From Camelus ferus (Eukaryota): a DNA stretch of 64,000 bases. Under the pieces are notes generated by a model. The model did no database searches, was not told the origin of the DNA, and was given only the letters and a program-made list of their open reading frames with translations. Each line of letters starts with the position of its first letter. Position 1 is the stretch's first letter. The position numbers and the translations under genes are program-made. The stretch spans positions 47,308,001 to 47,372,000 of the forward strand of contig NC_045696.1 in the NCBI RefSeq assembly GCF_009834535.1, given 5' to 3'. Positions 27,935 to 40,832 of this stretch are shown here, piece by piece.

Positions 27935-28428
27935 TGTAGCAGATACTATTAGTGCCCTGCCCATACCCGATGGCCCCTTGTATGCTATCATTTCAGTATA
28001 CTCTGGACAATTTTCAATATCTCCATTTCTATGCCTCAGGCCTTTTTTTTTTTTTTTTTTTTTCTGAAACTACAGAAGGCTGTACTTCTCATGGCAGTTC
28101 ATAGGTTCTAAGGAATTAACACTGCCACCACCACCCCCCCTTACCTCAGAAAGCACTCAATCAATAAGCCTTGGGAGTTATAATATCCCATTTCTCTCTC
28201 CCCTTGAGTTGGATAATACTGAGGCTTAAATTTTTCCGTGTTTTCCTATTATATTAATCCTAGTCACCCGCTGTGGGTAACTAGCTTAATACCGTACCTA
28301 TTAACTTAAAGCTGCTTTCTCTTCCCTGATTCATTTCTCCACTCCCCTACCATTATTCTCTGCATCTCTACTACTTACATTCAAATCCTTGTATCAGGAT
28401 CTGCTTCCAACTGGAACCAAAACAGACA
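27935..28428 (+). mobile_element. LTR16-like solo LTR (ERVL class)
   Basis: TGTAGCAGATACT...AGACA termini; ending caaatccttgtatcaggatctgcttcc is typical of LTR16. Confidence 0.7.
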
Positions 28429-29704
28429 TTTTTACTCTAAGGGTAAATTTCTTCAGGGTCCAAACCAAAAGAATAAGGTATTTGCCAGGGCCCCTCTTCC
28501 TTGTCAGGTCACACACTCCAATTTTCCCCTGAACTCTGCATGCTTGCTGAAAGTCCTGCCTGGCATCTCAGCCACAACAGAATACAGCAATTGCTTAGGG
28601 AGAAAAGTGGCTCCAAAATTCAGTCTCATGTCTCCGGGCCTTCCTCCTCTCTTGCAAGTTGGCCCCAGAGATTTTCAGTGCCTTGGTAGCTTTGCATTGC
28701 TTTCAAAACAAATGTTTTTTATATTTTATCCAGCTTTTTTAGTTCTCATTGAGAGAATTGTTCTGAAACTACCTAAACTGTTTGGCAAAGGTAGAACTTC
28801 AGTGTTATGTTTTATATACTTATTTAAATTCAAGAGATACTGTTGAGTAAATAGTTAGATCTGTGAGTCTGGAATTTAGGTGATAGTTCTGAGCTTGAAA
28901 TATAAATTTGGAGAATGTCAAATTTTTAAATATTGTTTGTAGATGTATTTAAAAAGGTGACAGTGGATTACTTTATTTAGGGAATATGTATTGAGGGAGA
29001 AGAGGTTCATTAAATTGAGTGTTAGAGAGACTGAAGTAAAGTGTATGGTTAGGCTAGGAGAAAAAACAGGAAAGTATTATATACTGGAAAACAAGTTATG
29101 AAAAGTGTAGATTAAACTTCCCACATAGATAATACATCATTAAACACATAATGTAATTTAAGCCAAGCACTTACGGGTACACAGGATTGGAGAATGGACA
29201 CAAAGATAAGATATAGTTCTTCCTTTCATTTCATCCATGTAAATAACAAACTATGGTATATAATAAATCATATATTAGCTTTGTTCCAATTGGATGACAG
29301 CATAAGATGGTTTGCCCTGATGTTAGTATTTTTACTGCCAGCATTCCTTTTTACTGAAGGTTCAGGTCTGGAAGGAAGATTTTAGCTGTTAGAGAATAGA
29401 AGGTATGAGAATGAAGTGGAATTATGACTTTCCTCTGAGTAGGAGTAGATGTTGCCAAGCCCTTGGCAGGCATAGGGATGCTTTTTAGTGTTTTGAGGAA
29501 ATAGTTACTAAGAAGATTTGTCAAACTACTTAGAAACAAATCCATATGAGAACAGTTTTATCTAGGTCATATGGATTTTTTTAAACCATCTTTATCTCTA
29601 TTCTCCAAATTTTCTACAATGAGCATGTATTATTTGTATTATAAAAATATATGTGGGTGTTTGTTCTGAGTTAAGGAAATTTTCAATTCAATTATTTTCC
29701 ATAG

Positions 29705-29821
29705 AGAGAAGTTGCAGCTAACAGCCAGAATGGGGAGGAAATTGTTCCTGCTTTGACGTTACGTTTCTTAATAACACAACTGGAAGCAGCACTTAGGAAC
29801 ATTCAAGCTACTAATTATACT
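29705..29821 (+). CDS. DZIP3: DZIP3 exon 5
   Basis: 117 nt, REVAANSQNGEEIVPALTLRFLITQLEAALRNIQATNYT, AG/GT. Confidence 0.96.
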
Positions 29822-31234
29822 GTAAGTGTTTTAATTTTGAAAGTTTGAAATAATGGACTTGGACAACATTCTTCAATGAGAGAACTGCTAATGAATGCTT
29901 ATTTTAAGGTGTAGGCCAATTTATATTTTCCTCATTTACCTCTAGAGAAAGGTACAGATAAATTAACTTCTTTTCTGTGTCTTGTACTTTCTTATGACTG
30001 CATCTCTTTAATAAGCCTATTCTAGTTTCCTTCCTACCATAAAATTGTTCATCTTAAATAAAAAGAAACTTGAACTAGTAAAAATAAGCTTTCCCAATTA
30101 GAAATGGAGAGTCGTGAACTTCAAAAACTACTCCTTCCTTTCCCCTTAATGATTAATCATCTCCTCTTTCTACTGGTATTTCTGTTCTTGTAAAAATTGG
30201 AATTTCTACCGTCTTTTATTGAGTAATTATATGAGATAAAATTGATGAGACATATTTATATGTTCAAGGTCAAATGATACTTTAGAAATAAATAGACAAA
30301 TCTGAGGAAAAGTAAACATTGCATCAGAAATCAAGGCCAATAGTATAGGACATAAAAGGAAAGATCAGGTCTTTGAATAATTAAATTCAGTAAATGAAGT
30401 TTTACACACATGTAAGAGATGTATTAGAGTTATCTCCAAGAAAGAACTACCCAGGCATCAAACAAAGTAGCCTAAGACACAACATACTATATTATAATTG
30501 TGTACAAAGAGATGAAAAAGTCTTCCTTGTTTAGGACTCTCAGGACAGGTTCTAAGAGGCGATATATTTCCACCATAAAGGAATTCTAGATGGAGTCAAA
30601 GAGAGAACAAAGAAAAGGGAGTTTGCAGCAGCATGTAATCCCAAGAACTTCTGGGATGCTGCAGACCTGCTGTTTCTCCCATTGACCAGGTTGCTAAGCA
30701 GTGAAATAAATCATTATAAAATCAGCATCAATAGATGCTGATTGCTTAGACTTCTTTACCTGAATGTTACTTTAGAAATGAGTCTTACACTAAGAATGAA
30801 AATGTTTCTTCTCTTGATGGCACTCATGAGCAGAATTGGAACTGTCATGATCAGAGCAGCCTGCTGCTGTATCCAAACGGCTCTCCCTGTTCCTCGGCTC
30901 TCCCTGTTCCTCGGGGCCACCAAGGAGAGCTGAGGCAACCTTGTAGGAAGTGGCAGTAGGGTGGGGGTAGGGGACAGCTGCTGGTAACATCTCTGTTTCC
31001 ATTTGCTACCTGGAATAATCTCTGTCAGTGGGGGCAGGGTAGGGAGGAAAGGGCAGGGCATTTAGGTTAGAAATGTACCACTTGCATCTTTAAATTCTTA
31101 ACCTTCTGTTTCTAATTATAGAGTTACTACTGTTACTACTTTATATTGTTCTCAAATGCTCTTTTTGTTTAGAACTGTATGAACTACATGCTTTGTTTTA
31201 TTATTCATGAAACTAGTTTTTTAAAAGTTAAAAA

Positions 31235-31442
31235 ATAATAGCTCATACTTATTTAGTGTTTGCTATATAACAGACACTATTCTAAGCACTTTGTAAGGAT
31301 TTACTCTTCACAAGTACCCTACCTCATTATTCCCATTTTACAGGTTAGAAACGGGCATGGAGGTTAAATAATTTGCTTAATTTATCAAGTACTAAGTAGT
31401 GAAGTTAAGATACAAACCCATGTAGTCTTGGCTTCAGAGCTT
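31235..31442 (-). mobile_element. MIR SINE
   Basis: attattcccattttacaggttagaaacgggcatggaggttaaataatttgc. Confidence 0.75.
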
Positions 31443-31998
31443 CTGCAGAGATAGGAATTTGAAGATGGAAACAAATTAGATGTTACAGGGGAGTTTGTGT
31501 ATATAAACTCAGTCCATTGAGAACAAGCACATATGTCTTATTTCCACTCAGTTTGAAGCCAAACTCTTAACCTCAGCCAGTTATAAATATATACTGTTGG
31601 CTGTAAGAAGTGTGCTAGATGAGAGAATACAGTTAGATCAGTATAAAAGAAAAGCTTATATTCTTTAGATGTTTATCATCCTTATGTACCTGAAAAAAAA
31701 AGAATCCTGTTTTAGTATGTTTTAGCAGTGAAAAAAGTTAATGTGGCAAAAGATATGGTTATTCTCTTTAGTCAATACAGAGCTTATGAGCAGAATGAAT
31801 AATGCTTTTCTCTGTAGAAAATTTATTTAATTTTTTATTTTGAGATAATTTTAGATGCACAGAAGTTGCAAAAATACAGCTGTAAAATACAAAAGTACAA
31901 GGAGGTCCTGGTGTACCCTTCAGTTTCCTCCAATAGTTACATCTTATAGAACAACAAAATATTATCAAGACAGGAAGTTGACACTGGTACATGGGTGT

Positions 31999-32545
31999 TG
32001 TGTCAGGGGTCTCTAAGGCCCCCGTGTTCAGAAGCACTCATGGGATTTGGTGTAATGCTGTACTCATGCTGAAATTTATTAAAGTGATATAGTAAAAATA
32101 CATACCCAGACCATAAGGGTTAAAACATAGGCAGTCTAGAGGAATTCATCTTCAGGCTTCTTATGTTTTCTCCCTTTTATGAGAGGTCACACAGAGTACA
32201 TCTCTTCATCACCCCTCCACAACAAAAATGCAGCAGTCTGTGTGTGATTTCTGCCCAGGGAAGTCCATTAGAGAATCAGTGCTCAAGATTTTTATTGGAG
32301 GTTGATCATGTAGGCACCCTCTGCCTAGCATGTGTCAAAATTCCAGACTCCGAGAAGAAACTCCCAGATGTTCAGCTTAAATGTCATAGTGGGCGCAGTC
32401 TAGGCACAGTGAGCCACCCCTGTCAGTTAGAGAACAGTGGGAATACTCTTGAGATGCAGATTTCCAGACACCATCCAAGGGTTAGCCTTGTAAGCAGGTC
32501 TTTCTAAGGATAGCATTCCCAGCTAGGATAAATTTTTTATGCACA
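31999..32545 (-). mobile_element. MER68/MER77-like solo LTR nested in an L1MC-type 3' end
   Basis: TG...CA termini, gtaggcaccctctgcctagca and caaaattccagactcc blocks, near-TSD ggtgt/ggtat; host L1 continues at ~31820-31998 and ~32546-32710. Confidence 0.75.
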
Positions 32546-33241
32546 GGTATGTATAGTTCTATGCTGTTTTATCACAAGTGTGTATTTTTGTAACCATTAC
32601 TGCAATCAGAATAAAAGAACTATTTCATCACCACAGAAATCTGTTATGCTAATCTTTTATAGTCACACGTACCCTTTATCCACCCTAATCCCTGATCTGT
32701 TCTCCATCTTTAATTTAGCATAGACCGTTTTTAAATGAAGGAAATATTCATGTTTTAATTTTTCACTAAATAAGTGATAAACTTTATATCTATAGTGTTG
32801 TAACAAAACCCACACATGGACAATAAAAGACTTTGACTTAAGAGATTATTTTATTTTTTAAGCTAAATGGTGGATACTTGGGTGTTTGTTGTTCTTATAC
32901 CTAAAATATGAGAGAGAGAAAGAAAAAGAGTGCAGGAAAGAGAGAATTAGAATTTTTTGGAAAGATTTAGTATAACAAATCTTGATGGCATTTGCTTTCA
33001 TTTTCTTTGATCAAACTCGAATGTTTTGTTTCAAGATTATTGACTACCTTTCTTGTAGGACAAATTATTAAATACATCTAAAATGCATTCTATATAGTGA
33101 TTACTAGATGGTTGATAATATAGTAATAACTTTAACTATTTTTAATAGTTACTAAATAGGCCTAGGATATTTAATTAAGCTTGCTATACTGAAAAATATC
33201 TTAGTCTAAATAATCAACTAAAATGTATTTTGTCTTTTTAG

Positions 33242-33322
33242 GCACATCAGATTAATATTGGTTATTATTTGACATTACTGTTTTTGTATGGAGTAGCACT
33301 CACTGAAAGAGGAAAGAAAGAG
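33242..33322 (+). CDS. DZIP3: DZIP3 exon 6
   Basis: 81 nt, AHQINIGYYLTLLFLYGVALTERGKKE, AG/GT. Confidence 0.96.
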
Positions 33323-34658
33323 GTATGTAGAATCTTTTATTTGCCCATTATAAATCTCTTCACATACACTGACTTCATTTTAACAAATTAAAACATTGAT
33401 TTTTGAAATTCTCTAAAAACTGAAACCATTCAGTGACCTTTCTATCATATATTTGAATGTAGAGTAATTATTCCTGGGACTATATTGTGAAACTATAAAT
33501 ACTGATAGAGGAAACAATGTTAGCTTATAACTTTTGTTATTTTATTTATCTTTGAAATACTTACCATTTATGTAAAACAGAAAATTGTTTAGCTTCTTTC
33601 ACTTATACAGTATGTTTTAACACATTTTCTAGTGTAATTTAATCTCTCTGGTCTTTATCTTACATTTTTGTAAAATATAAGTTTTACCTCAAATTCTTTG
33701 TCTAATAAAGTGAAGTGCAAAAAGTAAAAATCTGGGAGATAACTAGGTGATTTCTAAGGGTCCTTACAAATTTAACATTCTCTTTTTCTTATTTTTAATT
33801 TCTCAGTTGCAGCCTTGATATCTCTTTTACTTTTTATATTTCTAAATTTATACTCTACTTCATTTCATAAATTAAGTATATAAATCTGACTTGTTAATTA
33901 TATGAAGTAGAATTTATAAGCACCAAACTGAAAACATTTCCATTTTAAATAATTTCACATAATGCTAAGTATTGTTTTGTGTGATATGCTAGAGAGTATT
34001 TTAAAATGAGGCCATGCAGCATTTTGCCCCAGGGAGACCAAGACTATTATGCCTGTTTGTTTTTTTTTTCCAAAATAAACAACTTTTTATTGATGTACAG
34101 TTGATATACAATGTTGTATTTCAGCAAAGTGATTCAGATGCCTGTTTTAATAATGATAACTGAAGCTATTATTAGAACTGATTCTGACCTTTACGTCTTA
34201 GCTATATTGCTATAAACAAGATAGTCCTTCCCCAAAAGAGACTGTGTGTTTGAAAAGTCACTTATTTCCCACTTGAAAAATTAGGAAGATTTGTGCTTTA
34301 ATCAAAAAGAAAAATTAGGAAGAATTATAAAGAATTATGTTCCATAGTCATAAGAAAAGCCCTTATTTTGGCTAGTAATATTTGTCAGTTTTTGATATAA
34401 AAAATGTTATTGTTTTAATGTTCACTTTGAAACATTGGTTAAAGATCTTAAGTTCTTTTGTAATAAGTATTTTAAGCACTGAGTACATTATCTATGTGAT
34501 CATATACAGAGATGCTAAGATTAGAGATGTGAATAAATAACCAAATGACTGGGTCAATATTAAAGCTGCTCTAACCTCCAGTTTGGGGAATAATTGTTTA
34601 TTGTAAAAGAAAAAAAATGCCTTTTACATCAGCCAAACCTAGTTTTATATTACTACAG

Positions 34659-34783
34659 GATTATATAGAAGCTGAGAATAAATTTCTGGTGATGAAGATG
34701 GTGATCCAAGAAAATGAAATTTGTGAAAATTTTATGTCTTTAGTTTATTTTGGACGTGGTTTGCTTCGATGTGCCCAGAAGAG
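34659..34783 (+). CDS. DZIP3: DZIP3 exon 7
   Basis: 125 nt, DYIEAENKFLVMKMVIQENEICENFMSLVYFGRGLLRCAQK-R, ends in phase 2. Confidence 0.96.
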
Positions 34784-34984
34784 GTAAGGGTTTTAATTAA
34801 CGGGTAGATCTTGCCTGTCAACTTTCAGCATTATGCAATGGGAATAAAGTTTGCACAGTATACCAGGGATTATGACATTGTGCTCTCCTAATTCTTTTCT
34901 TCTTCACTGATTCTATAGGTAATTTCTTTAATATTCTTGAACATATTAAATATCCAACTTAACAGGCCATATCAGTAAAAGGCA

Positions 34985-35200
34985 GTATAGTATAGGCATT
35001 AGGAACATAGGCTTTGGAGTCTAACAGACTTGGGCACAAATACATTTTCTACCACTTACCTAGTATATGACTCTAGGAAACTTAATGTTGCTAAGCTTCC
35101 TTATCTTTGGAACTAATAATAGTACCCACCTCATAAGGACATTGCAGGTGATTAACATAAAGACCAGGACACAAAAATGCTATTCTTAATAATAATTATT
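34985..35200 (+). mobile_element. MIR SINE
   Basis: ggctttggagtctaacagacttggg...ataatagtacccacctcataagg. Confidence 0.7.
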
Positions 35201-35723
35201 GGTTGTAGTTATTAATATTACCACTTGGAATAGGTGTTTAAGGTACAAATGAGCTTATAATGCATTGAAAGTGTCCAAATGCTGAGTTTGGGAGTATTGG
35301 GTATTACATATTTAGTAAAATTGTACAGGGGAACCTATATGGACTACCTGTTCACTTCCCACATGTAGATCCTTAGCCATTTGTAGCATCATTCATTTTT
35401 TTTTAACTTTTTTTATTGATTTATAATCATTTTACAATGTGTCAAATTCCAGTGTTCAGCACAATTTTTCAGTTATTCATGGACATATACACACACTCAT
35501 TGTCACATTTTTTTCTCTGTGAGTTATCATAACATTTTGTGTATATTTCCCTGTGCTATATACAGTGTAATCTTGTTTATCTATTCTACAATTTTGAAAT
35601 CCCCGGCTATCCCTTCCCACCCTCCACCCCCCGGTAACCACAAGTCTGTATTCTCTGTCTGTGAGTCTATTTCTGTCCTGTATTTACGCTTTGTTTTTGT
35701 TTGTTTGTTTTTGTTTTTGTTTT

Positions 35724-38700
35724 TTAGATTCCACATATGAGCGATCTCATATGGTATTTTTCTTTCTCTTTCTGGCTTACTTCATTTAGAATGACATTCT
35801 CCAGGAGCATCCATGTTGCTGCAAATGGCATTATGTTGTCGGTTTTTATGGCTGAGTAGTATTCCATTGTATAAATATATCACATCTTCTTTATCCAGTC
35901 ACCTGTTGATGGACATTTAGGCTGTTTCCATGTTTTGGCTATTGTAAATAGTGCTGCTATGAACATTGGGGTGCAGGTGTCATCCTGAAGTAGATTTCCT
36001 TCTGGATACAAGCCCAGGAGTGGGATTCTTGGGTCATATGGTAAGTCTATTCCTAGTCTTTTGAGGAATCTCCACACTGTTTTCCATAGTGGCTGCACCA
36101 GACTGCATTCCCACCAGCAGAGTAGGAGGGTTCCCCTTTCTTCACAGCCTCTCCAGCATTTGTCATTTGTGGATTTCTGAATGACGGCCATTCTGACTGG
36201 TGTGAGGTGATACCTCATTGTAGTTTTGATTTGCATTTCTCTGATAATTAGTGATATTGAGCATTTTTTCATGTACCTATTGATCATTTGTATGTCTTCC
36301 TTGGAGAATTGCTTGTTTAGGTCTTCTGCCCATTTTTGGATTGGGTTGTTTATTTTTTTCTTATTGAGTCGTATGAGCTGCTTATATATTCTGGAGATCA
36401 AGCCTTTGTCGGTTTCACTTGCAAAAATTTTCTCCCATTCCGTAGGTTTTCTTCTTGTTTTACTTCTGGTTTCCTTTGCTGTGCAGAAGCTTGTAAGTTT
36501 CATTAGGTCCCATTTGTTTATTCTTGCTTTTATTTCTTCTAGGAGAAAATTTTTGAGATGTATGTCAGATAATGTTTTGCCTATGTTTTCCTCTAGGAGG
36601 TTTATTGTATCTTGTCTTATGTTTAAGTCTTTAATCCATTTTGAGTTGATTTTTGTATATGGTGTAAGGGAGTGTTCTAGCTTCATTGTTTTACATGCTG
36701 CTGTCCAGTTTTCCCAACACCATTTGCTGAAGAGACTGTCTTTATTCCATTGTATATTCTTGCCTCCTTTGTCGAAGATGAGTTGACCAAAAGTTTGTGG
36801 GTTCATTTCTGGGCTCTCTATTCTGTTCCATTGGTCTATATGTCTGTTTTGGTACCAATACCATGCTGTCTTGATGACTGTAGCTCTATAGTATTGTCTG
36901 AAGTCTGAGAGAGTTATTCCTCCAGCCTCTTTCTTTCTCTTCAGTAATGCTTTGGCAATTCTAGGTCTTTGATGGTTCCATATAAATTTTATTATGATTT
37001 GTTCTAGTTCTGTGAAATATGTCCTGGGTAATTGGATAGGGATTGCATTAAATCTGTAGATTGCCTTGGGCAGTGTGACCATTTTAACAATATTGATTCT
37101 TCCAATCCAAGAGCATGGAATATCTTTCCATTTTTTAAAGTCTTCTTTAATTTCCTTCATCAATGGTTTATAGTTTTCTGTGTATAATTCTTTCACCTCC
37201 TTGGTTAGATTTATTCCCAGATATTTTATTACTTTGGGTGCTATTTTAAAGGGGATTGTTTCTTTACTTTCTTCTTCTGTTGATTTATCGTTAGTGTAAA
37301 GAAATGCAACTGATTTTTGAACGTTAATTTTGTAACCTGCTACCTTGCTGAATTCTTCAATCAGCTCTAGTAGCTTTTGTGTGGACCTTTTAGGGTTTTC
37401 TATATATAGTAACATGTCATCAGCATATAATGACACTTTTACCTCTTCTTTTCCAATTTGGATCCCTTTTATTTCTTTCTCTTGCCTGACTGCTGTGGCT
37501 AGGACTTCCAGGACTATGTTGAATAGGAGTGGTGATAGTGGGCATCCTTGTCTTGTCCCAGATTTTAGTGGGAAGCTTTTGAGTTTTTCACCGTTGAGTA
37601 CTATGCTGGCTGTAGGTTTGTCATATATAGCTTTTATTATGTTGAGATATGTTCCCTCTATACCCACTTTGGCGAGAGTTTTTACCATAAATGGGTGTTG
37701 AATTTTATCAAATGCTTTTTCTGCATCGATTGAGATGATCATGTGGTTTTTGTCCTTTCTCTTGTTGATGTGATGTATTACACTGATTGATTTGCGTATG
37801 TTGAACCAGCCTTGTGTCCCTGGGATGAACCCCACTTGGTCATGATGTATAATCTTTTTTATGTGTTGTTGGATTGTATTTGCCAAAATTTTGGTGAGGA
37901 TTTTGGCGTCTATGTTCATCAGTGATATTGGCCTATAATTCTCTTTTTTTGTAGTGTCTTTGCCTGGTTTTGGTATCAGGGTGATGGTGGCTTCATAGAA
38001 TGAGTTTGGGAGTATTCCCTCCTTTTCAATCGTCTGGAAGAGTTTGAGAAGGACTGGTATGAGTTCTTCTTTGTATGTTTGGTAGAATTCCCCGGTGAAG
38101 CCGTCCGGTCCTGGACTTTTATTTGTAGGGAGGTTTTTAATTGCTATTTCTATTTCCTTTCTAGTGATCGGATTGTTCAAGTGTTCAGATTCTTCTTGAT
38201 TCAGTTTTGGTGGACAGTATGTTTCCAGAAACTTGTCCATCTCCTCTAGGTTATCCAGTTTGGTTCCATACAGTTTTTCATAATATTCTCATATGATATT
38301 CTGTATTTCTATTTTGTTTGTTGTAATTTCTCCATTTTCCTTTCTTATTTTGCTAATTTGTGCTCTCTCTTTTTTCTTCTTTGTGAGTTTGGCCAGAGGT
38401 TTGTCGATTTTATTTACTTTTTCAAAAAACCAGCTTTTGGTTTGGTTGATTTTTTCTATGGTCTTGTTAATCTCTATTGTATTTAATTCCCCTCTGATCT
38501 TTATTATTTCCTTCCTTCTGCTGCTTTTTGGGGCTTTTTGTTCTTCTTTTTCTAATTCATTCAGGTGGTGGGTTAAATTGTTTATTTGAGATTGTTCTTC
38601 TTTTTTGAGGAAGGCCTGTATCGCTATAAACTTCCCTCTTAGCACTGCCTTTGCTGTGTCCCATAGGTTTTGAGTGGTTGTGCTTTCATTCTCATTTGTC

Positions 38701-39520
38701 TCAAGGTATTTTTTAATTTCAGCTTTGATTTCCTCATTGATCCATTGTTTTTTCAATAACATATTGTTTAATCTCCATGCTTTCCTTTTTTTCTCATTGT
38801 TTCTCTGTTGTTGATTTCCAGTTTCATAGCATTGTGGTCAATAAAGATGCTTGAGATAATTTCTATCTTCTTAAAATTGTTGAGGTTTCTTTTGTGCCCA
38901 AGTACATGATCGATCCTGGAAAATGTTCCATGTGCACTTGAAAAGAATGTATATCCTATTTTTGGGGGGTGTAATGCTCTGAAAATATCCACCAAATCTA
39001 GTTTTTCTATTGTAGTATTTAATTTCTCTGTTGCCTTGTTTATTTTCTGTCTGGAAGATCTGTCTAGTGATGTTAATGCAGTGTTAAAATCTCCAACTAT
39101 GATTGTATTCCCATCAATGTCCCCCTTTATCTCTGTTAGTAATTCTTGTATGTACTTAGGTGCTCCTATATTGGGTGCATATATATTAACGAGTGTAATA
39201 TCCTCATCTTGTATCACTCCTTTAATCATTATAAAATGTCCTTCTTTATCTTTCTTTATGGCCTTTGTTTTAAAGTCTATTTTGTCTGAAATCAGTACTG
39301 CAACACCTGCTTTTTTGGCTTTTCCATTTGCATGGAATATCCTTTTCTATCCTTTCACTCTCAATCTATATGTGTCCTTCTCCCTAAAGTGGGTCTCTTG
39401 TATGCAGCATATTGAAGGTTCTTGCTTTATTATCCAGTCTGCCACTCTGTGTCTTTTGACTGGAGCATTTAGTCCATTAACATTTACACTAATTAATGAT
39501 AGATGTGTGTTTATTGCCAT
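35724..39520 (-). pseudogene. L1 ORF2p (endonuclease-reverse transcriptase), disrupted
   Basis: Starts MAINTHLSLISVNVNGLNAPVKR at 39520; TAG at 39347-39349, frameshift near 38790, TGA at 38289-38291, TGA at 35880-35882; natural end ...RSLICGI* at 35724. Confidence 0.93.
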
Positions 39521-39933
39521 TTTGAACTTAACTTTGCAGTTGAATTGGTATATCCTCTTTGTTCCTTTCTTCTTCCTTTTGTGGTTTGGTAATTTTCCTT
39601 TGTATTTTCATGGATTTTATTTAATTTTTGTGGATTAATTTAATCCTTTGTAAATTTTTGGCTTGTGGTTACCCTTTTTTGTAAATCTATTAACCCATTA
39701 CTATAACTGTTTTTATTAAACTGATAGTAACATGATCTCAAACCCATCCTACTGTTAAAAAAATTTTTAAAAGAAAGAAAAAGATATTCTGTATTTCCCT
39801 GCCTCCCTCTCCCACTCTCAGTGATTTGTATGTCTTCTTTTATAATTTCATGTTTACTTTATTTGTAATTCATGAGTTATCACCTTTCCAGTTGTGAGTT
39901 TCTCATTTCTGTAGCATCCTGCTGCTTTTCTAT

Positions 39934-40832
39934 TTAGAATAGCCCTTTCAATATTTCTTTTAGCATGGGTTTAGTGTTGCTAAACTCCTGCAGCTTTTTC
40001 TTGTCTGTGAAACTCTTTATTTCTCCTTCTATCCTCAAGGATAGCCTTGCTGGATAAAGGATCCTAGGCTGCATCTTTTTTTCATTCAGGGCTTTGACTA
40101 TATCTTGCCACTCCCTTCTGGCCTGTAGTGTTTGTGCAGAGAAATCAGCTGAGAGCCTTATGGGGGTTCCCTTGTAACTTACTCTTTGCTTTTCTCTTGC
40201 TACCTTTAGAATCCTTTCTTTATCCTTGACTCTGGCCATCTTGATTATGATATGTCTTGGTGTGGGTCTATTTGGGTTCTTCCTGTTTGGGACCCTCTGA
40301 GCTTCCTGTACTTGGATATCTGATTCCTTCTCTAAGTTTGGGAAGTTTTCAGTCATGATTTCTTCGAAAACCTTTTCAATCCCCTTTGATCTTTCTTCTC
40401 CTTCTGGGACCCCTATTATGCGAAGATTGGGATGCTTTATATTATCCCATAGGTCCCTTATGCTATTTTCATTATTTTTTATTTGCTTCTCTTGTAGTTC
40501 TTCTGAATGGGTGCTTTCTGTTGCCCTGTCTTCTAGATCACTAATTCGTTCCTCTGCATTATCTAGTCGGCTTTGCACAGCTATTAGATCATTCCTCATC
40601 TCTGTCAATGAGTTTACCCATTCTACTTGGCTCTTCTTTATAGCTTCAGTTTCATTTTTGACATATTTTATATCTCTAAACACTATCTCAATTCCTTCAG
40701 CAATTCGATCACTCCTTTTTTGAAATCTTGATCTAGTAGGCTATCGATGTCTATTTCGTTGATCTTTCTTTCAGGGGATTTCTCTTGTTCTTTTAATTGG
40801 GAAAGGTTTTTCTGCTTCTTCATCTTGCTCAT
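39934..40832 (-). pseudogene. L1 ORF1p (coiled coil-RRM-CTD), frameshifted
   Basis: MSKMKKQKNLSQLKEQEKSPE... from ATG 40832, a frame break near 40690 (GAA TT GAG ATA GTG), then ...NLRIIGVPEGEE...RPTPRHIIIK...ILKGLF*. Confidence 0.9.

Noticed and set aside
35880..38240. 786-aa RT ORF as evidence of an active element or a novel RT system
   Set aside because: It is the middle of a broken L1 ORF2, cut off from the endonuclease by stops and a frameshift and missing ~52 C-terminal residues
35880..39349. APOBEC3 editing as the cause of two TGG-to-stop changes in ORF2
   Set aside because: Only one is in a GG-to-AG context, and two events cannot show hypermutation without a consensus alignment
36226..40723. 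Plus-strand ORFs of 98-200 aa inside the L1
   Set aside because: Antisense shadows of L1 ORF1/ORF2 codon usage
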